A DNA stretch of 42,447 bases. It comes from Schmidtea polychroa (taxonomy: Eukaryota). Below the pieces are notes generated by a model. That model was not told the origin of the DNA, did no database searches, and worked only from the letters and a program-made list of their open reading frames with translations. Where the stretch lies: positions 122,326,001-122,368,447 of the forward strand of contig CM097886.1 of the NCBI GenBank assembly GCA_044892525.1, in the 5' to 3' direction. Position 1 is the first letter of the stretch. The number at the start of each line of letters is the position of its first letter. This document shows, one piece after another, positions 19,120 through 31,130 of the stretch. A program made the translations under genes and the position numbers.

Positions 19120-19692
19120 AAGAATTATATGAAAGATTATATGAAAGATAGATATATTAGGAAAGACCTGTGCCGTCAGATTCAGGAAACTATTCAAAGT
19201 TGTGAGACTTGTCAAAAACCAAGGCTATAACAATTACAACGAAGGAACCAGTAAAAAACTAGAATCAACTGAAATGTTCGAAATTATATTCGTGGATATA
19301 TGTGGACCAATGCAAGAAACAAAAGGATGTAAGAAATATATATTGGGTATAATAGACCAGTATAGTAAGTATCAAGTCTTGACAGCTATAACAAGACAAG
19401 ACGAGGAAACAATAAAGAAAACGATTTTAGAAAAACGGATTTTAAGATTTGGGTGTCCAAAGGAGATAAGAGTTGATTGTGGGAAGGCGTTTGAATTAGG
19501 ACTGATGAGAGAATTTACAAAGAAACTTGATATTAAGTTATGTTTTTCGAGTCCATAGCATCACCAAACAAATGGACAGATAGAAAGGCAATTCAGGACA
19601 ATACGAGAGCTGATAAATACTACTTTACGAGGCAGAATGAAGACGGATTTGGCAGAGATACTACCAGAAGTCTAATTTACATTAAATGCAAC
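19120..19692 (+). pseudogene. Ty3/Gypsy integrase, Zn-binding and rve core part (interrupted)
   Basis: IQETIQSCETCQK; IIFVDICGP...YILGIIDQYSKY...FGCPKEIRVDCGKAF...SP*HHQTNGQIERQFRTIRE. Frameshift near 19258 and in-frame stops. No RT/RNase H between gag and integrase. Confidence 0.92.
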
Positions 19693-20066
19693 TGGTGGGT
19701 TACTGGTAGTTAATTAATTATGCTCTTATGCTGTTACCAGCGTAACCCAGGATACAACCTTATTTTCCTCTTGGTACCCGTTGAGCAATCAACGTTGGTA
19801 CTGTACCAAGGGGTTGAGTACTCGCAAAAAGTGAGCGCGTCAAGCACTGTAATTGTCGAGCACTCTATGGGTTCACGGACGCCGATAGAAGGCACGTGTC
19901 CGATTTATTTCGGTCTCTCATCGAGATCGTTTTTCCAAGCGCCTTCCCGCCAACCATCCTGTTTCAGACAACCGCAAAGTTCAATCACATACTCATTAGA
20001 TAACAAGAATCATTTATTAAGCCACCACTATATTACAAAGATTGTTTACGCACTCTCGAACGTCTC

Positions 20067-20507
20067 TCAGGATCGTGGATTGGCTTCAGTCTCCTTCAAT
20101 TTCTCCTGTTCGGCTAACCAGGGCCTTTTCAATTTGTCGCGGGTATTCCGCCCTAGCCGTTTGCGTTTCGGCTTGCTTGCCTGGGCTGGTGGGTATATCT
20201 GGGCCAACTCCACGGAAAGTGGACGAATCTGCTCGCAAAGGGTGTCCTGGACGACTCTTTCGTTCAATTTACTCTCGAGCGAGCGCACTTGTAGCTTCAG
20301 CGCTCGGATCTCGAGTTGATCTTGCTCCGCCTGGGTCTGGAGTTGCGAGATGCGCGTGGTTTGTTTCTTCATCTCAGCCGGACTGAACCACGTACTTTCG
20401 AGTTCCCGGCATTTGATCTTGAACTTCTCGACCCGACTTCGGAGGTCTTCGGCTTGCTGCTGGGCCTGTTCACGGTCCTTTCGTAGGTTTTCGAGGAATG
20501 TGTACAC
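20067..20507 (-). CDS. Divergent 'TWFSP' family ORF (start uncertain)
   Basis: KIKCRELESTWFSPAEMKK and SKPKRKRLGRNTRDKLKR. The ORF track starts at GTG; the nearest ATG (20547) is 40 nt upstream and out of frame, so the 5' end may be frameshifted. AATAAA at 20018-20013. Confidence 0.7.
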   Translation of the reverse strand: MYTFLENLRKDREQAQQQAEDLRSRVEKFKIKCRELESTWFSPAEMKKQTTRISQLQTQAEQDQLEIRALKLQVRSLESKLNERVVQDTLCEQIRPLSVELAQIYPPAQASKPKRKRLGRNTRDKLKRPWLAEQEKLKETEANPRS

Positions 20508-20579
20508 TGAATGGAAACAATAATAAAATTCCCTCGCTCGTTGCCATGCGCGTAAAGGTGATTCACTTAGTGGTGTAAA

Positions 20580-20592
20580 ATTTATAGCTGAA
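20580..20592 (-). promoter_or_regulatory. TATA motif TTCAGCTATAAAT upstream of the TWFSP ORF
   Basis: Identical to 13079-13091. Confidence 0.6.
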
Positions 20593-20816
20593 AGGTGAGT
20601 GAGGTCCCCCCGATCCTGGAGACACCCATAAAATATAACCGCAGAGAAATTAATTTGCTATATGAGGAAGACACATGAACAAATATAATATTAATAAGTT
20701 TAATAAAGTAACATCCTACAAATTGTCGTATCAATTATTAAAGGAGTCAAACACAATTACAACAACATTATGTCCGATTGATCATATAGTTCATTCAAGT
20801 CATCACAGTCGTGGGA

Positions 20817-21185
20817 TTAGGCAGGGTTCTTCCGGGGCCTTCCCCGTTTCCTCGGAGGTGCCTCGGCCTCTTCTAATTCTTCCAGGGACACCCCTTCTCT
20901 TTCGGCTCTGATTTGTAGATCGATCTTCCTGAGCCGGGTCTGGGCAGCTTCCACATCCCAGGCCGCCTGATCTCGGGCCTCTTGCAAACGGTCATTCTCC
21001 GGTTCCACCTTCACCCATGCCTGGGCATCGGGCTCTGGGCCGGTCCGGATAATCCGATTGGAACAGTCCAGGTCCCGCCCCTGATACCATCGATGAATAT
21101 GGTGCCAGATGTACCGCGTGCGAAGGCGGGTGATTGTCCATTGCTCGTCCTCTTCGCTGCTGGGGTTATCGTTTGGTGGTGCCAT
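20817..21185 (-). CDS. 122-aa protein with a short coiled coil and a C-terminal AT-hook
   Basis: Intact ATG-to-stop, GC-rich ORF. LQEARDQAAWDVEAAQTRLRKIDLQIRAE, then PRKRGRPRK (canonical R-G-R-P AT-hook core). Confidence 0.7.
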   Translation of the reverse strand: MAPPNDNPSSEEDEQWTITRLRTRYIWHHIHRWYQGRDLDCSNRIIRTGPEPDAQAWVKVEPENDRLQEARDQAAWDVEAAQTRLRKIDLQIRAEREGVSLEELEEAEAPPRKRGRPRKNPA

Positions 21186-21294
21186 GCCTGGAATGTATAC
21201 GTTAATACCCGTTTAACTCACGTCACTTATCAATGGTCGTCATAATAAAATACATCGAATTAACTCACATATCAATGACTAAGTTTATTACGAT

Positions 21295-21694
21295 TGTTAT
21301 AACTACTTTTATCAAAGAAAAATAAGTTTTGTTTATAGGTTTTACCAATTTAATTTTTAACTACTTAAAATTAAATAACTTTTATCAAAAAAAAAATAAA
21401 GTTTGTGTATAGGTTTTACTAATTTAATTTTTAACTACTTAAAATTAAATAACTTTTATCAAAAAAAAAATAAAGTTTGTGTATAGGTTTTACCAATTTA
21501 ATTTTTAACTACTTAAAATTAACTAACCTTTATCCAAAGAAAATAAGTTTTGTTTATAAGTTTTACCAATTTAATTTTACCTACTTAAAATTAAATAACT
21601 TTTATAAAAAAAAATAACACTTACAATTATTATCATCACCCTGATTTAAGGCCTTTTGTTTGATCACGGTAATCGTTGTTAAGGTTACGTAACA
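21295..21694 (-). mobile_element. Family-2 LTR (TGTTACGTAACC...TATAACA on the minus strand), probably a 3' LTR
   Basis: On the minus strand it is preceded by the purine-rich AGAAATGTGGGAGT (PPT-like, 21695-21708). Terminus resembles 5543-5563. Partner LTR and TSD not found. Confidence 0.45.
21305..21620. repeat. Tandem repeat, ~73-74 bp unit, ~4.3 copies
   Basis: Unit ttttatcaaa...ataggttttaccaatttaatttttaactacttaaaattaaataac recurs at about 21307, 21380, 21454, 21528 and 21600. Confidence 0.9.
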
Positions 21695-22278
21695 ACTCCC
21701 ACATTTCTTAATTTTAGTCAGCACGGATATAATAAAGGGAAGAAATTCAGGTATCCAATATTCATATCTTAAGATTTTTCATCGCAACTTAGTGATATCA
21801 GTAGCCGACCCCAAATCTCGATCAGTTACTATTGACTGATAATATGCTATGGTCCCTCGCATGGACGAAGAGAGCTTGGCGATGCCAAGGAGAAAAGTTG
21901 GCGATTGCCTCGATAATTGAGTCGATATTAACTTATAAAGAACTCAGTGATCTCGATTAGTAACCTTTGTTTGGAATTTTTTGTTTCGCTTGGATGCTAA
22001 TATAACGTGAATCTTCGATTTTGGACAAAGTAAAACTTTCTAGTAAGGAAAAACTTATTTTAACGAAGATGCTTCGATTTCTTTTAATTTTTGAAATTTC
22101 GGGAACTTCCCAGATCGGGATCGGATCGATGAATAAGGTTAGTATGGATGATGATGATGATAACAATAGTAATTATAGTAAGAGTAATAGCAATGTCAAT
22201 TATGATAATAGTAATAAATAATAATAATGTTTATCCTGACAATACCAATGGTAATAGTAATCACACTAGAATAACGGT

Positions 22279-22428
22279 AATCATGATAATATTAGTAATG
22301 ATGATAATAACTTTGATGATAATAATAGTGTTAACAATAGCAGTAGGATAGTTAATCATGATAATATTGGTAATGATGATAATAACTTTGATGGCAATAA
22401 TAGCATTAATAATAATAGTAGGATAGTT
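22279..22428 (+). repeat. 75-bp tandem duplication within an AAT/GAT-rich low-complexity tract (~22145-22430)
   Basis: Two units, each aatcatgataatatt[a/g]gtaatgatgataataactttgatg...agtaggatagtt. Confidence 0.85.
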
Positions 22429-25400
22429 TCCCATTTTTCCATTCGAGATTCCCCTTTCCTAATTGTAGAAATTCTACGCTTATGATTTAGGGAGTTACCT
22501 TTACAATCTACAGATTTCGGTCTAGAATTCAGCGTTTATGTTTTACCATTTATGAACTTCTACCTTACAGTGTCTAATTAAATATATCTCGTATATAGTT
22601 TAATACTTTATGATTTGCTATTCTGTATTTTGTTATTTTATAATCGCTGCTTCAAGTGTTGTAATTTATAAATTGGTGTTAGCTGAACTTGTAATTTTCG
22701 GATTCCTAATTCGTAGCGTTTTATAAATTTATAATTTATCAGTTCTCGTTTCATGAGTTAATTTTGTCGATTTTAGAAATTTATCCTCTACGATCTACAA
22801 ATTTCCTTTCACTATGATAATTGTGCACTCTTGGCTCGGCAATTGGTATGGTAAATGCGGGACTATCGTCTAGATTCTAGTCCATGTTGATTGGACGTCT
22901 AGCTGCAGTGCGAGGTCAGAGTTACCAGTCGGTGTGCTTGCAACTTCTATGCCCCGCAGAGTGAGAGCTTTTTGGTTTACCACTCATACGTTCTAGGTAA
23001 CCTACAATCCTGGTAAGATAACTGGAATAATTAATCGATTTCTCGTTCCTCTAATTCCAGAATGCGGAATGTGCAACTACGTCACTGGTGACTCACAAAT
23101 TTGTAGATTATATCAATTACCTGATTGGTCTACCGATTGGCTAGCATGACTGCATGTTACTAAAAATAGATTTCATGCGTGTTGTATCGATCGTTTGATT
23201 CCTCCGTAAGTCTAATTTTGTATAATTCTTAAGCCATAATTTATGATGATTAAACAGGTTCGTCGTAATGCTGTCGGAAGCCTCTTTGCGGATAATTTTA
23301 ATTCTGAAGATTTTGGACTATCGGAACTATTGAGTTCCTAATCAGGCGATACCCGATATAACGTTTGCCCTGCCAACTGCTTTGTCGAATGCTCCATGGA
23401 TTTATCAAACCCACTCGCTTCAAGTTATTCGTTGGATTTCGAAAACGATCTCACCGATACAATTGGACGTAAAACAGGATGACATCGCAATCGCTCAACT
23501 CCAATCTCAGATATCCATATTGAACGTTGCATGTGATTCCAATGACAATTATGATTTCCCATAAATTTTTTTATGTAATAAAGTATTTGTATGGTAAACT
23601 GTTTTTGTTTTTATTCAAGCTTAGCTGCACAAAATTATTCGAGTTTACTTGGTAGTGTGACCTACACTTTGGCTTTAGGGTATCTTTATTAATCGTTTTG
23701 CACCAGGATTTTTCATAAGTGGGACGGAATTTCCGTTTATTCTAGAAGCTGGACAAAATTAAGATTTATAGTTCGGAGGTCTTTAGAGGACTTATAGAGC
23801 AAACAAAACTTAGATTATCATCGGAAATTTTTAATCATTATTCTAATCGAGAGTCAAATAAAATCAGGTGTCTGGGTTATACGTTTCTAAAGCACAAGCA
23901 TCAATCATAGACTCAGAGTTTATACTTTGGAAATTCCAGAAAACATAACCTAAATATCTCGAGATTATGAACTCAGTTACCCTATCAAGCTAACATTATG
24001 CTTTAAGTATTCAGTCAAATTATAGTTTATAATCAGTTACCTATTTAAGGAAATGCCTAATACTACCCTATAATTTAGGTATGCATAAATTATCGATGGG
24101 GGAATAGAAGTTAGCATTATACCTTTCAACACTCAAAAATTATATTTTATATGAAAACCCTAATTTCTAATTTAAATAGCTAAATATGTAAATAATTTAT
24201 GAAAGGCTATTATATTTTTCTACCTTATATTTTAAAACTAGATTCCGTAATCTATTAAAGTTACACTTTATCAATTGGTACTATTACATAATATACTCTA
24301 TATTTTCAACGGGCATGCAAAGCCATATTTCTACTTCAACATTAATAAAATATACTATAACCCAAAATTATATCCCAAGATCTTCACACATTATATTTTA
24401 AATAGGCATAAGGTTATATTTCATAGTAAAAATTTATAAATTATTTCTGAATGCAACATAAAAGTATATAATTAATAATTATAAATTATACTTCAAGCAA
24501 AGTTATTTTAAAATTTCTAAACATTTAACATTTTTAGATTACATTTTCGGACTCATTATTAAGACATATTTCATAAATAAAGGGTAATACGTATTTATAG
24601 GTTGTAGCTTCGACTACAAATTTGAGCCATAGATTTAAAGTTAATTAAGTACTTTCATTTGATTACTTACGTTTGTCGAACTTCTTTACGAGGATTTCTA
24701 CATTTACTCTAAAAATTAAAGAAATTTTAAAATTATATATCTCAATGCAGTTCGACAAACGTATAGGCATAATCGAGTTTTCCCATGATGATCAACCGAC
24801 TACATGTGTTCAATTTGGGTCTGAGTTCTACTCAATTATGACCTTAGTGTAACCCTATTGTCTACGATTTTTAATGTTGAGATTAAATATGTTTGCTTGT
24901 ACTCGGGAAGAATGCTTGCTTACACGGCCCCACTGTGACCGCTACGACAAGCCCTATTGTAATGTTGAGTCGAAACATCACTGTCGACCGATAAATAAAT
25001 ATATGGAGCCATAGCGGAGGGGTTTTATCGACACAACTCCATGGTAGAACCATGAAGTGGCCGACCTCCGATGACCGAACAAAAAAAAATATATACAGGA
25101 TATTGCATGTCTGCATGTTTCAAAAAAATTTAACATCAAATGCAGGACTGAATAGAGACGCACTGAGACGCCGCTGATCAGTCGTATTTTAAAAAAAATT
25201 TTAATAAAAAAAAATTTGGTCTTATGGATATTAAAATTAGTTTACATTAAAATGATTACATTAACCATAGGTGACATCAAAAAAAAATTTCTACTTACTA
25301 TTAGTTTTCGGAAAAACTTTAACAAAATATTGGCATAAACAAAAAAATGATTGATTGTGACTGAAACGTGTCAGTATATATACCTATTTTGTACACGTGT

Positions 25401-26043
25401 ATGTATTGATGCATTAAAACAAACTCGAATTCTTTTTATTCCAGAATTTTCTATTTTGCGATTTTGATATTTTTAATGGCAATTTTTGTGCCATAATTTT
25501 TGTTTTTATTTTTATATTTTTATTTTTTAATTATTTTTCATTAATTTTACGTCCATGATGGATTTGGAACGGTTCCAGAACATTCTGTTTTACTTTTAAT
25601 TTAGTTTTTATTTTAACTGATGTTTTTTATGAATTTCTTTTTGAGATTTTTTTATTTTTAATACTAATTTATTTATTTTCCTTAACTTTTGTTGTTCTAG
25701 ATGACTTTTGTGATGGTCATCGCCATTTTATAGAATGTTCTGGGTTTTTCTGGAATGTTTTACTGTTTTTATCGTCTTTTAAGTTATTCGAGTTTGCTTT
25801 TGGTAATTCTATGTTTATTTGGTTATTTTTGAGTTAGATTTTTGCATCACTTCTTGCTTTTGTATAATTTTATTTAATTTCTTTGTTTATGTTTTTGTTG
25901 CTTTCTCCTTTAGTTAATATTGTTTATTTGGTGTAGGTTTTAATATTTAACTCTACTTGGTGCTTTTTTACTTGCTGTGTACCTACACGTTTCGGTCATA
26001 ATTAGAAGTTTGGGTCTAGAAATCAGTTCTAGCCCAACACAAC

Positions 26044-26275
26044 CAAACAAAAAATGACAGGGAAAAGCCCGGCAGAGATAGTTTTTTGGTAAAAGGATTA
26101 GCATGGAGAAATGGTACGGGTCAAAATAAAAACAAACAAGGAGAAGATTTAACGTAGGAGAAGATGTGTTAATAAAATTAAAAACAGCAACAAAAGCCAG
26201 AACAGATAGGAGGGACCATATAAAGTGGTCGAGAAAGTGCATGACAGACGATATATCTTAAGAAACGAGAATGGT
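26044..26275 (+). pseudogene. Ty3/Gypsy integrase C-terminal part (continuation of 19120-19692)
   Basis: QKMTGKSPAEIVF...FNVGEDVLIK...EGPYKVVEKVHDRRYIL contains the GPY/F motif. Frameshifts present. Confidence 0.88.
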
Positions 26276-27838
26276 AAAAAATGTCCGATTTACTCCAAAA
26301 TTATGATCCGTGTGGCAACTCCTTATTAGATCCACGGTCCCACCAACCTTGCCTGCACTTAACACAGTCTCTACATTAAGCTCAAAACCGTTGCAGCTGA
26401 TTTCTTTTTTCAAAATTTCATTTATTTACTTTTATAGCTAATACAATCAAATTATTCGAAGTTTCCCAAATGATTTTTTAGTTTTTTATAATAGTAAAAA
26501 TAATAATAAAAAAAAATAATAATAATTATAATTAAATAAAAATTAAATAAAAATGTAAAAAAGGTAATAAAATTATATTTATAAACTCGAAATAAAAACA
26601 TAAGATTTTATATGATGTGATAAATTTTCGTATTTCCATGAATTTATGTTGCTTGCCTCATTTTGTTTCCTGGGCCTTTTATGATTTCCTGGACGATCTA
26701 AACAAAATAGTCAAATCTCAATCAGAATATATATATTGTAAGAATAAATGGAAGATTCAAGGCCTGGCTCAAATACGGAATGTTAATGAAGAACCTCAAT
26801 GACCTGAATTTTGTTACTTTTTACAGCACCCGACTCAGTGAATTGCGAATTCTTCTCGGTTATCAGGATTCCATTTCAAAATTATACATTTTCAATTATT
26901 TTCTATTACAGACTCTTGTGAAGACTTGGGAAATTTTTATAATTAAAGCCTCAACAAGTACTCACTGAAGTAAAGGAAAGAAAATTTTTAATTAGTCTTT
27001 GAAAAACAATACTTTTTATCCCGTTCGTATCAAATAGTTCATATAAACAAACTCAAAATGATCCAGAAACTGAGAAAGATTCAAATAATGTAGTTCTATG
27101 TTCACGTCTACGCTGTTTGCACATTTAAGCTTTACTACCTGTCATGAAAATATACTTCTTATGTGATAAACCAATTTATTTATTTCTTGGGGCTCAAATC
27201 TATGTACTAAAATAACAGATGGAATCAAATGTTATCAATTATACTATCCCAAAGAATAGTGATAATGGTAAATGAGTGATGCTATTTGATCCCCTTTTCA
27301 TATTCGTACTAAAATAAAAAGATAAAATAGACTTTATAAACTGTTTTTTATATGTTTTTTCAAACTCTTTCCAAGCATCCTCAAACTTAGGACCATAAAG
27401 ATCATGTTTAGATGTATTCTACTTTCTATTACCATTGTCAAAGCAAGCAAATTGACTGAAATTAATAAAATTGTCAGCATACGTTTCACAACTTTCATTC
27501 TTCCATAAATTGCCAGGAGAAAGAATTGAAGGTGTAGGATAACCACATTAAATCTTTCAATGTAAAATGTTTGCAAATGTGTTGTGGATTTTTTGCATAA
27601 TGTTCATTTACAATTTTGAGATTTGAGATAAGCAAGACATCCATTACAATTCATTTTCCTTGGCTTATGAAATTTTAATATTTTGTTTACATTTTATTTT
27701 TTTATAAAAACATCATTAACTTAAGAAATTATTGCAAAAAACATTTATATTTCAGTTTACTCACATTTATATACTGCTAAATTAACCGGTTTGTCGACTT
27801 TATTGTCTTTGGAAGAATCTGTGGAACATGTTTTTACT

Positions 27839-28149
27839 NNNNNNNNNNNNNNNNNNNNNNNNNNNNNNNNNNNNNNNNNNNNNNNNNNNNNNNNNNNNNN
27901 NNNNNNNNNNNNNNNNNNNNNNNNNNNNNNNNNNNNNNNNNNNNNNNNNNNNNNNNNNNNNNNNNNNNNNNNNNNNNNNNNNNNNNNNNNNNNNNNNNNN
28001 NNNNNNNNNNNNNNNNNNNNNNNNNNNNNNNNNNNNNNNNNNNNNNNNNNNNNNNNNNNNNNNNNNNNNNNNNNNNNNNNNNNNNNNNNNNNNNNNNNNN
28101 NNNNNNNNNNNNNNNNNNNNNNNNNNNNNNNNNNNNNNNNNNNNNNNNN
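27839..28149. other. Assembly gap (311 N)
   Basis: Run of N. Confidence 1.
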
Positions 28150-29045
28150 GTAATATGTTTTCAGTATTTGGTTGGAATTTTACTTTCATGTTTAAAATTA
28201 AATACAAAATAAATAACTTTTTACTAAATTTATATTTTTGATCGATTTATTTATGATCAAAGTGCAAGTGAGTAATGCGAATTCTATATTCCAATCATTT
28301 GTATAGCTCTGCTCCATACTTGGGTCACACTTAAGCTAAGTTGGTAGTTATATCCATACTTTAATAAAATATTTCAGTTTAACCATTTACTTGCATAAAT
28401 AATTGGTAGGGTTTTACAGTCGTTCGGTTTATTAATAATATCGGTAGGATATCTACCAAATATGACTTTGAGTTTCTTCCGAAATCACCAAATTATATAT
28501 AATTGTTTCCCATCAATCATTGCAGTGAATTTTCTTTTTCTTGGGTTTCTTTGAACAACATCATTAGATTGCAAATCTTAATCAAAATTTATCTTATCCA
28601 TCAGTCATATAAAGAAGAAAAACAAAAATTATTTGACGATCAAAGGATCAAAAGTTGACATACACGTAATTAGGGGAGTTTAATTAATTTGTTTGTATTT
28701 TCACAATTATACCTGTTTTGATTATGAAATTAATTTTTTTGCATTTATATTTTCAATCGCCATCTGCTTCCAATATTTCAGCTAATTATTGAGAAAACAG
28801 ACAGAGAAAAATCCATAAACATAAAATAATATTAAAATAATAACATGTGCAAGAAGTTCAGCAAGAAAATTATACAAATATAATGGAGGTCTAGTGTCAA
28901 CAGAATTAAATTACTTTTTCGGAATAATAGAGGCAAACGTAATTTATAAAATTTTTAAACATGATAATAAATTTTAGTAAACATTAATCAAAATTGATAA
29001 GAACTTTTTATTCGAATATCACCACTGATTATTTTTTTCATTGAT

Positions 29046-29152
29046 TTTATTAAAAAGAGAGCTTGAAGTGAAAGGCAGTGCCGAAAATTCATAAGTATCA
29101 AAAACATCGATATATTACTGATTTATAGTCTTCAAGCTCTCTTTTTAATAAA
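29046..29152. repeat. Miniature inverted-repeat element, 23-bp perfect arms with a 61-bp spacer
   Basis: tttattaaaaagagagcttgaag ... cttcaagctctctttttaataaa. Confidence 0.8.
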
Positions 29153-30131
29153 TTTAATGAATTGCTAAGTCTGTTTAACTGATTGCTTTGAAACATATGG
29201 TCAATGATTATACGCATAATTTTAGTCTGAGAAGGAGAACAACGGATGTCTATTTGCATTAAATTAGCGATGAATGATTAATTTTTGTGTATAATAAAAT
29301 TTAAATGAATTATGGAGATCTAATGTTCTTACATTTCTTATGTTTTCCGTCGAGCTATAAATGACAGCAGGGACCGTGAAGTAAATCGGACAAATATCTT
29401 CTATCGATAGTCCGTATACTCATGACAATCTTAGGTAATTATAGTTCAAATTAAGCTCAAATTTTATTAACATTCGACAAATTGCCAACTTTGTTAATTC
29501 AACAGGTGTCGAGTGGTAGGGGAGCGTTGTATTCTGGGTTAAACTGGAAACAGCACGGAGGTGCATAATTTTGTAAATGTATAACCTACCACGTATATTG
29601 AAAAAATATTTCTCATTTAGTATTATGACAAATTGATAATTTAAGATAAATCATTTTTTGACTATTTAATTTATAATTAATTTTGAATTTATACATATGT
29701 CAGATTTCCAAGATTACTACACTGGTGTAGAAATTTGACTCAAGAATGTTTTCACATTGATGTTGAAATCCCAAATTTCTTCGAAAATTCGAAATTATAG
29801 TTCCAAAAAGTGAATGTTACTTTTGAATTTGCCAACAACAAGAGCACTAAAACAAATATTTTCACATTTTGACAAGTCTACCATTGCATCCCTTGAAAAA
29901 TATTCCAATCTCATGAATATTAATTCCCTAACTCCATATTCCTCGTTGAAAATTGCCATTATCAGGGATAATCAACCTTCTCTTGAGAAAGCAGCAACTT
30001 AATTGCTATAAAGAGCAAGAACTTGGCGACAGAAAACAAGAGCAGGTTCTTTGTACTCTGATATTCAGCATAAATTTCGACGTTTTTTTTATTATTCCCG
30101 TTATCTTCCTTTTTTTCTATTTCAGTATGGT

Positions 30132-30358
30132 TAAGGTGACCAGACGTGCCGATTTTTCACGATTTATCCCGCGTCAAAATGAATAAAAAATATGTCAAGG
30201 AATAAAGTATTATACAATTTTTTATATTTATAAATTGTACTTATGTTAAAAATCAAAAAATATTACCATATTATTTTTATTCTATATGAAAATCTTTGTT
30301 GATATCCCGCTCCTTCAAAGTTGTTCCGCTTTGCCCATCTAAAAATCTGGTCACCTTA
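30132..30358. mobile_element. hAT-type MITE (227 bp)
   Basis: TIRs TAAGGTGACCAGA / TCTGGTCACCTTA. Perfect 8-bp TSD AGTATGGT (30124-30131, 30359-30366). Confidence 0.92.
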
Positions 30359-30789
30359 AGTATGGTCCAACTATTTTGGTATTTATCTTGTAAATTTTTT
30401 TGTTAATTTATTGAATATTTTTTTTTAATTTTTCATTTTGTAATCAATTCTCTATAGTAATTATTTACTAGAGAATTTAAACTATATAGTCTGAATAAGA
30501 AACGCGACGACTAAACGGGGGGGGGGTGTTCACCCATTCAAGACTACTTTATAATATACACCAAAGCGCATTTGATTATCATAAATGAGGCATTCATTTA
30601 GCTTTGTCAAATAAGCTTTGTTCTGGATTTTAGTTAATTTTAAGATTTTTTTAAAAATAATGAATAAAGAAGTAAGATATTTATTTATTTATTATAATAT
30701 ACATTAAATTTTTCATAGTTTTATTAAAATATCCAGTATTTAGGGAAGAATCTTTAATGTGATTATTAATATGATTTTTGAAATTATTA

Positions 30790-31130
30790 TGATCTGGTTT
30801 TCGAAGTTCCTCGTTAACTGCTTGGAATATTGCAGTAAATCATTCATTGAAGGTAAATCTGTCTGGGAAATCCATCAACCGAAGAAACTTTAGTCCTTAC
30901 CCCATTTTTAATTTTGCTCAACACTTTCGATGGGGTTCAAAAATGGATTATATGGCAATTTTTCTATTTGAATAGTCAATGAAGATATTATTGTAAATGG
31001 ATTAGCTCATCTTTGAAAATTGAGACCTCGATTTGTTGGTATATTGTTATAAATTCTTTTGTCTACTCGTGATCTACCGAAGCTCTTGTTCGTCCATCTA
31101 TTGAAGAGCATTCATCTATGTATTTCTTGA
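30790..31130 (-). pseudogene. Tc1/IS630-like (DDE_3) transposase remnant
   Basis: Across frameshifts reads YIDECS-FNRWTNKSFGRSRVDKR...PTNRGLN and LPYNP(F)LNPIE, matching FIDESGFN...GRS..G.R and LP.YSP.LNPIE. Repeated gctaattgaatgtc motifs at 31218-31378 may be subterminal repeats. Confidence 0.7.

Larger units (their letters stand above)
19693..26039 (-). mobile_element. Family-1 solo-LTR-like element (copy 4, 6347 bp including nested material) inserted in the Gypsy integrase
   Basis: Ends TGGTGGG (one change from TGTTGGG) and GCCCAACA. Perfect TSD CAAC (19689-19692 / 26040-26043). Removal restores LNAT-KQKMTGKSPAEI. Left block is distantly similar to 8387 and 11730 (tacccg..., gggttca...gccgatagaagg). 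T-rich arm at 25430-25940. Confidence 0.88.

Noticed and set aside
21305-21620. Regularly spaced repeats considered as a CRISPR-like array
   Set aside because: Whole units repeat with no unique spacers, the context is eukaryotic TE DNA, and no cas genes are present.
27791-28241. ORFs spanning the N run
   Set aside because: Assembly-gap artefacts.
29515-29528. GGTAGGGGAGCGTT resembles a bacterial 23S rRNA segment
   Set aside because: Only 14 nt and I could not extend the similarity on either side. Chance is likely.
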